Shown here in pieces: positions 8,867 through 17,715 of a DNA stretch of 64,000 nt. The position numbers were made by a program, and so were the translations under genes. Origin of the DNA: Bacillota bacterium (lineage in GTDB: Bacteria; Patescibacteriota; Patescibacteriia; Patescibacteriales; UBA12465). Under the pieces are notes generated by a model. It had not been told where the DNA came from, made no database searches, and worked only from the letters and a program-made list of their open reading frames with translations. The stretch is from NCBI GenBank assembly GCA_050259635.1, contig JBLNBA010000004.1, positions 11,005-75,004 of the forward strand, written 5' to 3'. Numbering within the stretch: position 1 is the first letter of the stretch; the number at the start of each line of letters is the position of its first letter.

Positions 8867-9391
8867 ATGAAGAAAAAGAATGTTTTCATCGCCAGTGTCT
8901 TTAGCTTGGCGGCTGTCATTATGGCGGGCGGCTACGCTTTGAGCGCTCGGGCGTTTGATAACAATCGGTCTTCAGATCGCGCTCCTTTCGGGAAATTTGA
9001 GAACAGCTCTTGGTATCAAGGACTGACAAACGACCAGAAAGCGCTCTTGGAAACGATTAAGACGGATCAGGAGAAGCAAATGCAATCCCAACGCACAGCG
9101 ATGGACAATGCTATCGCCAGCGGTAATTATGAGACTTGGGCGGCGGCCGTACGCCAATATATGGGCGATAATGCGCCGATCCTGACTCAAGTAACAGCTG
9201 CAAGCTTCGCCACTTATGCGGACGGCTATCGTTTGGAACAGCAGTCCCAAGATTTGATGAAACAGGCGCAGGATAAATTCTCTTCCATCGGCCTTCACGA
9301 CATGGGTTTCGGGATGGGTATGATGAGGCGGGGCAGAGGAATGGGGCACTTTGATATGGACGCCTTTATGGCGACTAGTACGCCTCAGTAA
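8867..9391 (+). CDS. secreted helical protein with one LTxxQ motif and a Met/Gly/His-rich tail (possible Spy/CpxP/ZraP-like periplasmic protein)
   Basis: Signal-like N-terminus MKKKNVFIASVFSLAAVIMAGGYALSARA. LTNDQ (LTxxQ). C-terminal HDMGFGMGMMRRGRGMGHFDMD. The family assignment is tentative. Confidence 0.45.
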   Translation: MKKKNVFIASVFSLAAVIMAGGYALSARAFDNNRSSDRAPFGKFENSSWYQGLTNDQKALLETIKTDQEKQMQSQRTAMDNAIASGNYETWAAAVRQYMGDNAPILTQVTAASFATYADGYRLEQQSQDLMKQAQDKFSSIGLHDMGFGMGMMRRGRGMGHFDMDAFMATSTPQ

Positions 9392-9434
9392 TTTTGTTCC
9401 CTTAACCGGTTTCATGAACGCATGGGCGTTTTAC

Positions 9435-9462
9435 AAAAGACCCTCCACTCGGGGGTCTTTTG
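9435..9462 (+). terminator. Rho-independent terminator
   Basis: AAAAGACCC...GGGTCTTTT stem-loop with a trailing T-run. Confidence 0.65.
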
Positions 9463-9533
9463 CGTATTATAGAGCTTCCTGGATAGGGCATAAAATGGTA
9501 TAATGAGATGATTAAAATCGATATTTTGCACTT

Positions 9534-11039
9534 ATGACCAATTTATCCTTACCCAAGATCGCCTTCGCCAAACGGCGTCGCCAGCTTCGCCGTTCTTCCG
9601 GCCACCCTTTAGAATCCCAGGAAAAAATCCTTCGTTTTTTGGTTGCTAAAGGTTCCCAGACGGAATTTGGGAAAAAATATCTCCTTTCTTCGGTGCGCAG
9701 CCATGATGATTTCCGCCGTCAGGTGCCGGTAAGCCGTTATGAGGACCTACAACCCTATATAGAAAGGATGCTGGCGGGCGAAGAAAATGTCCTTTGGCCG
9801 GAAGCAATTGATTATTTTTCCAAATCATCGGGAACCACCGGGAGCAAGAGCAAATATATTCCCGTGAGCGCCCGGGCCTTGTCTGGCTGTCATTATAAAG
9901 CAGGTCGCAGTCTGTTTGCCGAGTATTTCCATCAGAATCCCGCCTCTAACCTCCTGTTAGGACAAAATTTCGCTTTGGGAGGGAGCCGGCAGGACGCGGA
10001 GATCGGATCTGGTAAATATATCGCCGATGTTTCGGTTATCCTGATGAAGAATCTTCCTTGGTGGGCGCGCTTGCGACGGAGCCCTCGCTTTAGTGTTGCT
10101 TCGATGTCTGAGTGGGAGAGCAAGCTGGAGAAGATTGCCGGTATCATTTCCAAGCAGAATATCGTCAGTATTTCCGGCGTGCCCTCTTGGAATTTGGCTC
10201 TTGCCCGGAAAGTCTTGGAGATGACCGGAAAGAACAATCTTAAAGAGGTGTGGCCTAAGCTTGAGCTTTTTGTGCATGGAGGCACCAGTATGGCACCGTA
10301 TCGGGAACAGTTCCGGGAATTAATTCCCGGAAAGATGAACTATCTTGAAGTCTATAATGCCTCGGAGGGCTTTTTCGCTTTTCAGGATGATCTTACGAAG
10401 AATGATCTGCTGCTTTTTGTGGATGGAGGCGTCTACTATGAATTCATTCCTCTTGAGGAGTTAGAAAAACCAAAGCCGGAAGCGATTCCCTTGGCTCAAG
10501 TAGAGGTAGGGAAGAACTATGCCATGTTGATATCGACTAACGCCGGCCTTTGGCGATATTTTATCGGTGACACGGTAAAGTTTACTTCAGCCGACCCATA
10601 TCGGCTGGTAATTACCGGCAGGACGAAGAGCTTTATCAATGCTTGCGGCGAAGAACTTATGGTGGAAAATGCAGAATCTGCAATCAAGGAAGCCTGTAAC
10701 CGTAGTGGCGCCATCATGAAGGAATATACGGCGGCCCCTCTATTCGGAGGGACGAGCATTGCGCGACATCAATGGGCGATGGAATTTGAGCGGCAGCCGG
10801 AAGACCTCCAAGTGTTCAAGCAATATTTGGATGAGGCGCTGATGAACCGGAATTCGGATTACGAAGCCAAGAGGCATAAGGATCTTAACCTTGCACCCCC
10901 GGAAATCATCATTGTCCGTTCCGGTATATTTTATGACTGGCTAAAATCCCGCAATCGTCTCGGAGGCCAGGCAAAGATACCGCGGTTGGCTAATGACCGA
11001 TATATTATCGAGGAAATACTGGCTCTTAATCGAAATTAA
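9534..11039 (+). CDS. GH3 family (auxin-responsive-promoter-type) acyl-acid amido synthetase homolog
   Basis: 501 aa. FSKSSGTTGSKSKYIPVS (adenylate-forming P-loop typical of GH3), VPVSRYEDLQPYIERMLAGEENVLWP, YNASEGFFAFQD. Confidence 0.8.
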   Translation: MTNLSLPKIAFAKRRRQLRRSSGHPLESQEKILRFLVAKGSQTEFGKKYLLSSVRSHDDFRRQVPVSRYEDLQPYIERMLAGEENVLWPEAIDYFSKSSGTTGSKSKYIPVSARALSGCHYKAGRSLFAEYFHQNPASNLLLGQNFALGGSRQDAEIGSGKYIADVSVILMKNLPWWARLRRSPRFSVASMSEWESKLEKIAGIISKQNIVSISGVPSWNLALARKVLEMTGKNNLKEVWPKLELFVHGGTSMAPYREQFRELIPGKMNYLEVYNASEGFFAFQDDLTKNDLLLFVDGGVYYEFIPLEELEKPKPEAIPLAQVEVGKNYAMLISTNAGLWRYFIGDTVKFTSADPYRLVITGRTKSFINACGEELMVENAESAIKEACNRSGAIMKEYTAAPLFGGTSIARHQWAMEFERQPEDLQVFKQYLDEALMNRNSDYEAKRHKDLNLAPPEIIIVRSGIFYDWLKSRNRLGGQAKIPRLANDRYIIEEILALNRN

Positions 11040-11086
11040 GAAGAAAACCACGGTAGAAGCGTATATACTTTTATAAGCGCCAAATA

Positions 11087-11665
11087 ATGCAAGCCATTAA
11101 TCCCGAATTGGAAGATGCGGAATTGGTCAAGCTCAGCCTGGCTCAACCTGAGTGCTTTTCTTATATTATCGGAAGATATAAGGATAAGCTGCAGCGCTAC
11201 ATAAGAAGACTTGGCGCTTTTAACCTTGAAGATTCGGAAGATATCCTTCAGGAAGTATTTCTCAAAGTTTATAAAAATCTGAACGGATACGAACCGGAAC
11301 TGAAATTCTCATCTTGGATTTATCGTATTGCCCATAATGAGGCGATTAGCCATTTCCGTAAGCGCAAAGCCCGTCCGGAGGGCTACTCTATCTCCATTGA
11401 TTCTCCCGGTTTACAGCTTTTGGCTTCGGACCTTTCCCTGGAAAACCGCGTTGATGGTTTGATGAGGGATGAGGCGGTGACCGCCGCTCTCCTTACCCTG
11501 GATGAGCGTTATCGCGACATCCTTATCCTCAAGTTTTTTGAAGAGAAAAGCTATAATGAGATTTCCGATATCATCAAGAAACCGCTCGGTACGGTCGCTT
11601 CTTTGATTAGCCGGGCAAAGAAGGATCTCAAAGAAGCATTGCCTGAGCAATGGAGGGAAACATGA
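11087..11665 (+). CDS. ECF-type RNA polymerase sigma-70 family factor
   Basis: Region 2 (DILQEVFLKVY...WIYRIAHNEAISHFRK) and region 4 HTH (SYNEISDIIKKPLGTVASLISRAKKDL). Confidence 0.88.
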   Translation: MQAINPELEDAELVKLSLAQPECFSYIIGRYKDKLQRYIRRLGAFNLEDSEDILQEVFLKVYKNLNGYEPELKFSSWIYRIAHNEAISHFRKRKARPEGYSISIDSPGLQLLASDLSLENRVDGLMRDEAVTAALLTLDERYRDILILKFFEEKSYNEISDIIKKPLGTVASLISRAKKDLKEALPEQWRET

Positions 11666-12381
11666 AATATATGGAAAGAGGACTGGAAAACAAAATTATG
11701 GAGGCAATCAAGGAGCAGGGAGTATCACCAAGGCCACGCTGGCGTTTCTTGGCTAAAGAATGGCTGGTTTGGGCTTCCGGGATCTTGTCTTTATTGGTAG
11801 GCGCGGCAGCCGTGTCGGTTATCCGTTATCTATCCGAAAATAGCGCCTCGATGGAAAGCGGCAAAAGCTTCGGCGCATGGCTGCTTCTTTCTCTGCCTTA
11901 TTTTTGGATGGTGCTCTTGGCGCTTTTCCTTTGGGTTTTCTATTACAATTTGAAACATACCAAGCGGGGCTATCGTTATCCGATGTATCAGGTAGCCGGT
12001 GCCGCATTTCTTTTGAGCATACTTCTTGGCTTAGCCTTCTATTCCGTGGGGATCGGGCAGGCGATCGACGTCGTATTGGGTAGGGCACCCCTTTATGACC
12101 GGATTATTAATCCTCACGTAAGCTTCTGGTCTCGCCCGGAGGACGGCCGTCTTTCAGGATTGATTATCTTTAAGGAACCTTCGGGCGATAGCCTTATCCT
12201 GGTGGATCGACGCCGCAGCCGTTGGTCCGTGCATTATTTACCCGAAGACGAATACCTGGCTATTCCCGGCCAGCCGGTGAGGGCACTGGGTGAGATTAGC
12301 GGACCCGGAGTGTTTAAGGCGGAGCGTCTTATGCGGTTCCAGCCAGCGGGCAGGGAATTCTTTGATCGGCTTTACCCCTGA
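11662..12381 (+). CDS. polytopic membrane protein translationally coupled to the ECF sigma gene (candidate anti-sigma/sensor, no known motif)
   Basis: ATGA start/stop overlap at 11662-11665, preceded by GGAGGG. The ORF track begins 12 nt earlier (11650). At least 4 hydrophobic helices plus a C-terminal soluble segment. No HxxxCxxC zinc anti-sigma motif. Confidence 0.55.
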   Translation: MKYMERGLENKIMEAIKEQGVSPRPRWRFLAKEWLVWASGILSLLVGAAAVSVIRYLSENSASMESGKSFGAWLLLSLPYFWMVLLALFLWVFYYNLKHTKRGYRYPMYQVAGAAFLLSILLGLAFYSVGIGQAIDVVLGRAPLYDRIINPHVSFWSRPEDGRLSGLIIFKEPSGDSLILVDRRRSRWSVHYLPEDEYLAIPGQPVRALGEISGPGVFKAERLMRFQPAGREFFDRLYP

Positions 12382-12411
12382 TTATGATATAATGGAGGAG
12401 TAATCTTCTAT

Positions 12412-13185
12412 ATGGATCTTCTCTGGTTTCTTCCGGCCTTCATTCTCTTATACATGAGCGGCTGGTACATAATATCGCTTGTTTTCAAGCGTTATGACAT
12501 TGTCGATGTCGCTTGGGGACCAGGCTTTATTTTTTTAGTCTGGATATCTTATTTATTTCGCGCTCTACCCCTGGACTATCGCTCTGTCTGGATGTTGATG
12601 CTGGTCAGCATTTGGGGTTTGAGGCTTTTTCTCCATACTTCGGGGAGGAATTTAAGGAAAGAGGAGGACTGGCGATATCATCGCTGGCATAGCGGAGATG
12701 GTTGGCGCTTTTTGTTGAATTCATATATACGCGTTTTCCTCTTCCAAGGGTCCTTAATGATGATAACCGCCCTTCCGGCGGTTTATGGTCTGAGTATCAT
12801 AAACCTACCATTGTTTGCCGTTAACCGTTTTGGTATCTTCTTGATGATCTTTGGAATAGTCTTCGAGGCGATTGCCGATCGGCAGCGGCTGTCATTTCTA
12901 AATAGAGCAGAGAATAATGATCGGCTAATTACCTCTGGCTTATGGCGATATAGCCGCCATCCGAATTACTTCGGGGAACTTCTATTCTGGTGGGGATCAT
13001 TCTTCCTCGTGATCGGCGCTCCTAAATCCTGGATGCTGGCGGTTTCACCCTTAATCCAGACATATGTGATCATATTTGTTTCCGGTCTGCCGATGGAAGA
13101 AAAATATAAAGGGCGGGCCGATTTCGATGATTATCGGCGCCGCACTTCAGCTCTTTTTCCCTGGTTTACAAAAAAGGCTCGCTAA
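12412..13185 (+). CDS. DUF1295 family membrane protein (steroid 5-alpha-reductase/ICMT-like fold)
   Basis: 257 aa, polytopic. C-terminal GLWRYSRHPNYFGELLFWWG, characteristic of DUF1295. Confidence 0.75.
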   Translation: MDLLWFLPAFILLYMSGWYIISLVFKRYDIVDVAWGPGFIFLVWISYLFRALPLDYRSVWMLMLVSIWGLRLFLHTSGRNLRKEEDWRYHRWHSGDGWRFLLNSYIRVFLFQGSLMMITALPAVYGLSIINLPLFAVNRFGIFLMIFGIVFEAIADRQRLSFLNRAENNDRLITSGLWRYSRHPNYFGELLFWWGSFFLVIGAPKSWMLAVSPLIQTYVIIFVSGLPMEEKYKGRADFDDYRRRTSALFPWFTKKAR

Positions 13186-13198
13186 CGGCGAGCCTTTT
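13170..13198. terminator. bidirectional stem-loop terminator between DUF1295 (+) and copA (-)
   Basis: AAAAAA-GGCTCGC-taacg-GCGAGCC-TTTT. An A-run is on one side and a T-run on the other. The TAA stop of the plus gene sits in the loop. Confidence 0.7.
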
Positions 13199-13221
13199 AT
13201 ATTGAGAATCTTGGGATAATA

Positions 13222-15465
13222 TTATAGCCTTTTTGAGCGCAAGCGCAAAGAATTAGCGACAACAGAAACGCTGCTCATGGCCATGGCCGCCCCGGCAAAG
13301 GCCGGATTCAGGACGAAGCCGAAGAGCGGGAAGAATAAGCCGGCCGCCAAAGGAATGCCGATAAGATTATAGATGAATGCCCAGAATAGATTTTGCTTAA
13401 TTGTACGATAGGTGAGGCGCGAAAGATGGAAGGCGCGGACGGCCTTTCCTAGGTCTCCGCCAATTACCGTTATACCGGCAGTGGCCATGGCAGTGTCCGT
13501 ACCGGTGGCCATGGCGATGCCGCTATCCGCCTGAGCTAGACTGGGAGCATCGTTTATTCCGTCGCCAAGCATCGCGACGCGATGGCCACGGGCTTGTAGC
13601 TCTTTGATGACGGCGGCCTTGCCTTCTGGCAGCATGTTCGCCCTGACTTCCTCGATGCCGGCAAGCTTGGCAATCCGGGCGGCGCTGGCCGCGTGGTCAC
13701 CGGTGAGCATCATTACCCTTATTTTCTGCCGTTTGAGTTGGGCTACCGCTTCGGCCGCTTCCGGCTTGATTACGTCGCCACAAGCAATCTGGCCGATGAG
13801 CTTATCCGAAGAGCGGACATCGATGATGGTTTCTCCGGAATCGTTGCGTGAAAGCGCCCAGGGTCCGAGGCTTTCTCCGGCTTTGCCTAAGGTGATATTA
13901 TCGTCGTTGACTCGGCCGCTTACCCCATGGCCGCTTGTCGCTTTGAAACCAGCAACGAGCTGGCTGCGGAAGGGAAGTCCGGCTTCTTTCGCCTTGGCGA
14001 CAATCGCATCGGCAAGAGGATGTTCTGAGTATTGCTCAAGAGCGGCGGCAGTGAGAAGGATGTCAGTCTCACTTTTACCAATGGCATTAATTCCGGTCAC
14101 CGTTATTTTGCCGCTGGTGATAGTGCCGGTTTTATCGACGATCACGATATTCGTTTGGCGGAGCTTTTCCAATGCCTCGGCATTTTTGATTAAGATGCCT
14201 TCTTTAGCACCGCGACCGATTGCGGCCATAAGCGCAGTGGGAGTCGCTAAACCCAAAGCGCAGGGACAGGCGATTACCAGAACGCCTACAAGGGCGGAGA
14301 TAGCGCCGCTTATCGCTCCTTCCCAACCGATTGCTCCGGGTCCGAACAGCAGCCAAAGGAAGAAGGAGAGCAGGGAGATGCCGAGCACGATGGGAACAAA
14401 AACTGAGGAAATGCGGTCGCTTAAATTTTGGAGAGGAGAACGGCTGTTCTGGGCTTCGCGTACGAGGCTGATGATATGGGCGAGAACGGTATCTGCACCG
14501 ATCTTTTCGGCCTTGATAATGAGGAGTCCCTGGCGATTCAGCGAACCGCCGATTACCTTATCTCCCGGCTTCTTATCCACTGGCAGCGCTTCGCCGCTGA
14601 TCATGGATTCATCTACGCTGGATGAACCGTCTACGACTTCACCGTCGGCCGGGATCTTCATTCCGGGTTTTACTATAAGGCGGTCGCCGATGCGGATTTC
14701 GGACGCGGCAATTTCTTCCGTTTCCTCATTTTTTTGCAAGATCGCCCGATCGGGCCGAAGCGACATCAGGGCGCGGATAGCTGCCCCGCTTTTGGCTTTA
14801 GCATTTTTTTCCAGACGTTTTCCGAGGATGATGAAGCCGATGACCACAATGGCGGCGTCAAAAAAATAATGGGTTTGCAAGCCGAGATTATTAGTAATCT
14901 CTGGAAAGAGAAAAATTATCAGGGAATAAAAATAAGCCGTGCCGGTACCGAGACCCACAAGAGTATCCATGTTTGCTGCTCCGTAGCGGAAGAAACGTAA
15001 GAGGGAGCTAAGAAAGCGCCTCCCTGGACCGAAGATGACGGCGCTCGCCGAGAGTAGCAGGAAGACATCCATTATCTTCATCGGTAAAGGAATGAGCGGA
15101 AGGCCCAGGTTTTCACTTAAGAGTTGGTATATCATCAAGAGAAACACAAAGACCGCCAAGGGGACGGCAAAATGGGCCCCTTCGTTGTCCTTTATTTCTT
15201 CCAAGTCAGCTTCTTCTTCCGCAGCGGTATTGTTAACGGATTGCGTAGCGGGTTGTTCTTGCACTAAGGCATACCCGAATTTTTGCAGTTCGGCGTTCAT
15301 ACTCTCTAAACCGATTTTGGCCGGATCATAACTCACGGAAGCTTCTTCGGTGCCATAATTCACTTTAGCCTTATCTACGCCCGGGAGCCTTTCTAGCCGT
15401 GATTTAACGATCTGGGCGCAACTTGCGCAATGCAGGCCACGGACAGGGAATATTTGATTTTGCAT
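13222..15465 (-). CDS. copA: copper-translocating P1B-type ATPase
   Basis: 747 aa. N-terminal HMA domain (GLHCASC), CPCALGLATP (CPC), DKTGTIT phosphorylation site, GDGINDAP hinge. The actuator reads SGEA rather than the usual TGES. Confidence 0.92.
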   Translation of the reverse strand: MQNQIFPVRGLHCASCAQIVKSRLERLPGVDKAKVNYGTEEASVSYDPAKIGLESMNAELQKFGYALVQEQPATQSVNNTAAEEEADLEEIKDNEGAHFAVPLAVFVFLLMIYQLLSENLGLPLIPLPMKIMDVFLLLSASAVIFGPGRRFLSSLLRFFRYGAANMDTLVGLGTGTAYFYSLIIFLFPEITNNLGLQTHYFFDAAIVVIGFIILGKRLEKNAKAKSGAAIRALMSLRPDRAILQKNEETEEIAASEIRIGDRLIVKPGMKIPADGEVVDGSSSVDESMISGEALPVDKKPGDKVIGGSLNRQGLLIIKAEKIGADTVLAHIISLVREAQNSRSPLQNLSDRISSVFVPIVLGISLLSFFLWLLFGPGAIGWEGAISGAISALVGVLVIACPCALGLATPTALMAAIGRGAKEGILIKNAEALEKLRQTNIVIVDKTGTITSGKITVTGINAIGKSETDILLTAAALEQYSEHPLADAIVAKAKEAGLPFRSQLVAGFKATSGHGVSGRVNDDNITLGKAGESLGPWALSRNDSGETIIDVRSSDKLIGQIACGDVIKPEAAEAVAQLKRQKIRVMMLTGDHAASAARIAKLAGIEEVRANMLPEGKAAVIKELQARGHRVAMLGDGINDAPSLAQADSGIAMATGTDTAMATAGITVIGGDLGKAVRAFHLSRLTYRTIKQNLFWAFIYNLIGIPLAAGLFFPLFGFVLNPAFAGAAMAMSSVSVVANSLRLRSKRL

Positions 15466-15469
15466 ATGG

Positions 15470-16027
15470 TCAGATTTTATACCAGTCTAAGCGCCATGCT
15501 CTTAAACGTTCAAGGCTGGCGGTCAGGGCTTGGGTTACCGCATCGGCGTCATCGATGATTTCGGCGCGGCTAGATTTCTGTTTTACTTCCTTAGCCATGG
15601 CAATTCCTTCTTCATGATGGGCGATCAGGGCGTTAAGGAAGCGCAGATCGAAGGTATCTCCGGCGGGTCCCAGGTCCTGGAATTTTGGGGATGGCGCCGG
15701 CCGGCGATCCCTATATATATCGCGTTTGTAACCATACAGTCGGTTAATGAGCTGGGGCTCGTCGTTTTGGATGGCTTTAGCAAGATTCTTGATCTCTTCA
15801 TGAGAGCCATTAGCTTCTGCTTGTTTGGCGAGAGCGATGGCTGCCTCGTGGTGGCTGATCATGGAATCGATATATCGGCGGTCAAGGAAATAATCCGGGG
15901 TACCTAGGCCGGTCATGGTAGTGCTCATGGCACGATAGTCCGGGGTGAAGGAATAACCAATAGCAATACCGGCCATCATTGAAATCGCTATCAGGCTGAG
16001 AGATAAATAGAGTGAAATCTTTTTCAT
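15470..16027 (-). CDS. DUF305 domain protein (membrane-anchored or secreted)
   Basis: 185 aa. N-terminal hydrophobic segment and a duplicated HHEAAIALAK / HHEEGIAMAK motif typical of DUF305. Lies inside the copper cluster. Confidence 0.75.
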   Translation of the reverse strand: MKKISLYLSLSLIAISMMAGIAIGYSFTPDYRAMSTTMTGLGTPDYFLDRRYIDSMISHHEAAIALAKQAEANGSHEEIKNLAKAIQNDEPQLINRLYGYKRDIYRDRRPAPSPKFQDLGPAGDTFDLRFLNALIAHHEEGIAMAKEVKQKSSRAEIIDDADAVTQALTASLERLRAWRLDWYKI

Positions 16028-16033
16028 ATATGT

Positions 16034-17383
16034 TTATTTAGAGGCAATGACATCAATATAACCGCGGTACATACCCATGGAACAGCTAAAGCCGATCTTT
16101 CCGGGCTTATCCGCCGTGAACTCGATGACGTTTTCACCTTTTTTCAAGTGTTGGCTGATATCCAGGGCTGGCACTATCAGACTGCTGGCGCAGGAGAAAG
16201 GAGAGGTACTGTTTATTATCCAACGTACCGGGCGCCCGGCCTCGACTTCTAAATGGGTAGGCGTATAGCCCCGTCCGTTTTGCTCCATGCGGATGACTTG
16301 TACTTGCTCTTTTCGGGCGGCAGGGCTCTCTGTCTGGATTGTAGAGGCCGCTGAAGTCTGGAGGCTAATGAGCTTATACCCGTTGTTGATGTTGAAAAGC
16401 CCGAAAATGATAATGACTAGGCCGGCAGTTTTGAGCATCAGACTCTTGCGTCTTCCTTTGATTGCCGACATCAAGCCGGCGATACCCAATAATCCAGGCG
16501 CCGTTCCTAGCGCGAAAACGGACATGATCGAAGCACCGGCGATAAAGCTGCCGCTGCTTAGTGCCAGGATTTGCATGGATTGCGTGAAACCGCAAGGAAG
16601 AAAAAAGCTCAGGGCGCCGCTAATTAAGGCGGCCGCCGGTCGACCGTCCTCTTTCTTGCTTTTGACTGCCGCGCCCAAGCGTTTAGGCAGGGTAAGGCTG
16701 AAGCGGTTAAGGGCAGGGAAAATATCGAGCACTTGCAGGCCGATAAAAGCGATGAGGAAGCCGATAAGCAGGGTAAGCCAAGCACTGAAACTGATAGAAA
16801 TCTTAAAAGCTAATCCTAGGGCACCCAATAGACCGCCGAGGATGAAAAAGCCGGCGATCCGTCCGGCGTTGAAATACAGGTGGGGCAAGAATTTCTGGCC
16901 AGCGCTCGCTTGAGGATGGCGCTTCGAATAATCAGCCGAAATGGCCATGACTATGCCGCCAACGAGCGCCATGCAGGTAGATATTCCTGCTACTAAACCA
17001 ACTACTACGATCCCCGCGAAACTAAGGTTGCCAGGGTTGCTTGTTCCCTGTAGGCCGGATAGTCCCGAGAGCCTGATCGCGATAAATATTACGGTGGCGA
17101 TTAGGGCGGCCAAACCCATATCTTTCCACTTCTTGTTTTTTCCTTCTGGTGGCGTCTCATGGCCGCTGTCTTCGTCGAGGTCGTATCCCGCCGAGCGCAG
17201 CGCTTGCCGCACAGCCTCTATATTAGGCTGTTTATCACCGAAATCGATCGTTGCCTCCCGGTGAAGATGGCTTACTTTGGCAGATTTGACCTCCGGAATC
17301 TGCATAAGCTTCTCCTCGCTTAATATCTCGCAAGAGCGGCAGTGAAGTCCGCTCACTTTTACCTTTAGAATATTTCCTCCCAT
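16034..17383 (-). CDS. three-module fusion: HMA metal-binding domain + TauE/SafE-like (DsbD_2-like) polytopic membrane domain + C-terminal cupredoxin-like domain
   Basis: 449 aa. N-terminal VSGLHCRSC...ATIDF (ferredoxin-like HMA), 6-8 hydrophobic helices with FFLPCGFTQSM, and a C-terminal beta-rich segment with FSCASS and GFSCSMGMYRG. Confidence 0.7.
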   Translation of the reverse strand: MGGNILKVKVSGLHCRSCEILSEEKLMQIPEVKSAKVSHLHREATIDFGDKQPNIEAVRQALRSAGYDLDEDSGHETPPEGKNKKWKDMGLAALIATVIFIAIRLSGLSGLQGTSNPGNLSFAGIVVVGLVAGISTCMALVGGIVMAISADYSKRHPQASAGQKFLPHLYFNAGRIAGFFILGGLLGALGLAFKISISFSAWLTLLIGFLIAFIGLQVLDIFPALNRFSLTLPKRLGAAVKSKKEDGRPAAALISGALSFFLPCGFTQSMQILALSSGSFIAGASIMSVFALGTAPGLLGIAGLMSAIKGRRKSLMLKTAGLVIIIFGLFNINNGYKLISLQTSAASTIQTESPAARKEQVQVIRMEQNGRGYTPTHLEVEAGRPVRWIINSTSPFSCASSLIVPALDISQHLKKGENVIEFTADKPGKIGFSCSMGMYRGYIDVIASK

Positions 17384-17395
17384 AAAATGTATAAA

Positions 17396-17668
17396 TTATT
17401 TGTTCGCTAATTTATTGACTTTGAGGATCTCAAGAATCATCTTCTGCTGCAATTGTTCATTGCCTGTAGCCATGGCTCGCTTGAAGCAAGTGTCCAGATG
17501 ATTGGCGAGCAGCATTTGGTGAGCGGATTTCAATAGGCCGACGGCCGCTAAATTCTGTTGCATAACGTCGATGCAATACTCTCCGGATTCAACCATCTTG
17601 ATCAGCTTGTCGCTCAGGCTCCGCACCTTCTTGAGATTGATGAGGATATTCTGTCTTTCTTTGGTCAT
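17396..17668 (-). CDS. csoR: CsoR/RcnR-family metal-sensing transcriptional repressor
   Basis: 90 aa. LINLKKVRSLSDKLIKMVESGEYCIDVMQQNLAAVGLLKSAHQMLLANHLDTC, giving the C...H...C ligand pattern of Cu(I)-sensing CsoR. Confidence 0.85.
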   Translation of the reverse strand: MTKERQNILINLKKVRSLSDKLIKMVESGEYCIDVMQQNLAAVGLLKSAHQMLLANHLDTCFKRAMATGNEQLQQKMILEILKVNKLANK

Positions 17669-17691
17669 AATTATATATATTAGCCTGCCTC

Positions 17692-17712
17692 CATACCTGG
17701 GGGGTAGGTATG
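17692..17712 (-). promoter_or_regulatory. candidate CsoR operator: 7-bp inverted repeat flanking a G/C tract (CATACCT-GGGGGGT-AGGTATG)
   Basis: Perfect 7+7+7 arrangement read directly from the sequence, 24 nt upstream of the csoR start and immediately downstream of the predicted -10. It resembles the GC-tract pseudo-palindromes bound by CsoR proteins. Confidence 0.65.
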
Positions 17713-17715
17713 AAT

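Noticed and set aside
13604-14869. 421-aa plus-strand ORF inside the copA region
   Set aside because: It is antisense to a P-type ATPase with every hallmark motif. Its own translation is a Ser/Ala/Pro/Arg-rich low-complexity string typical of shadow ORFs. The same reasoning applies to 16287-16913 and 16941-17264, which are antisense to the HMA-TauE fusion.
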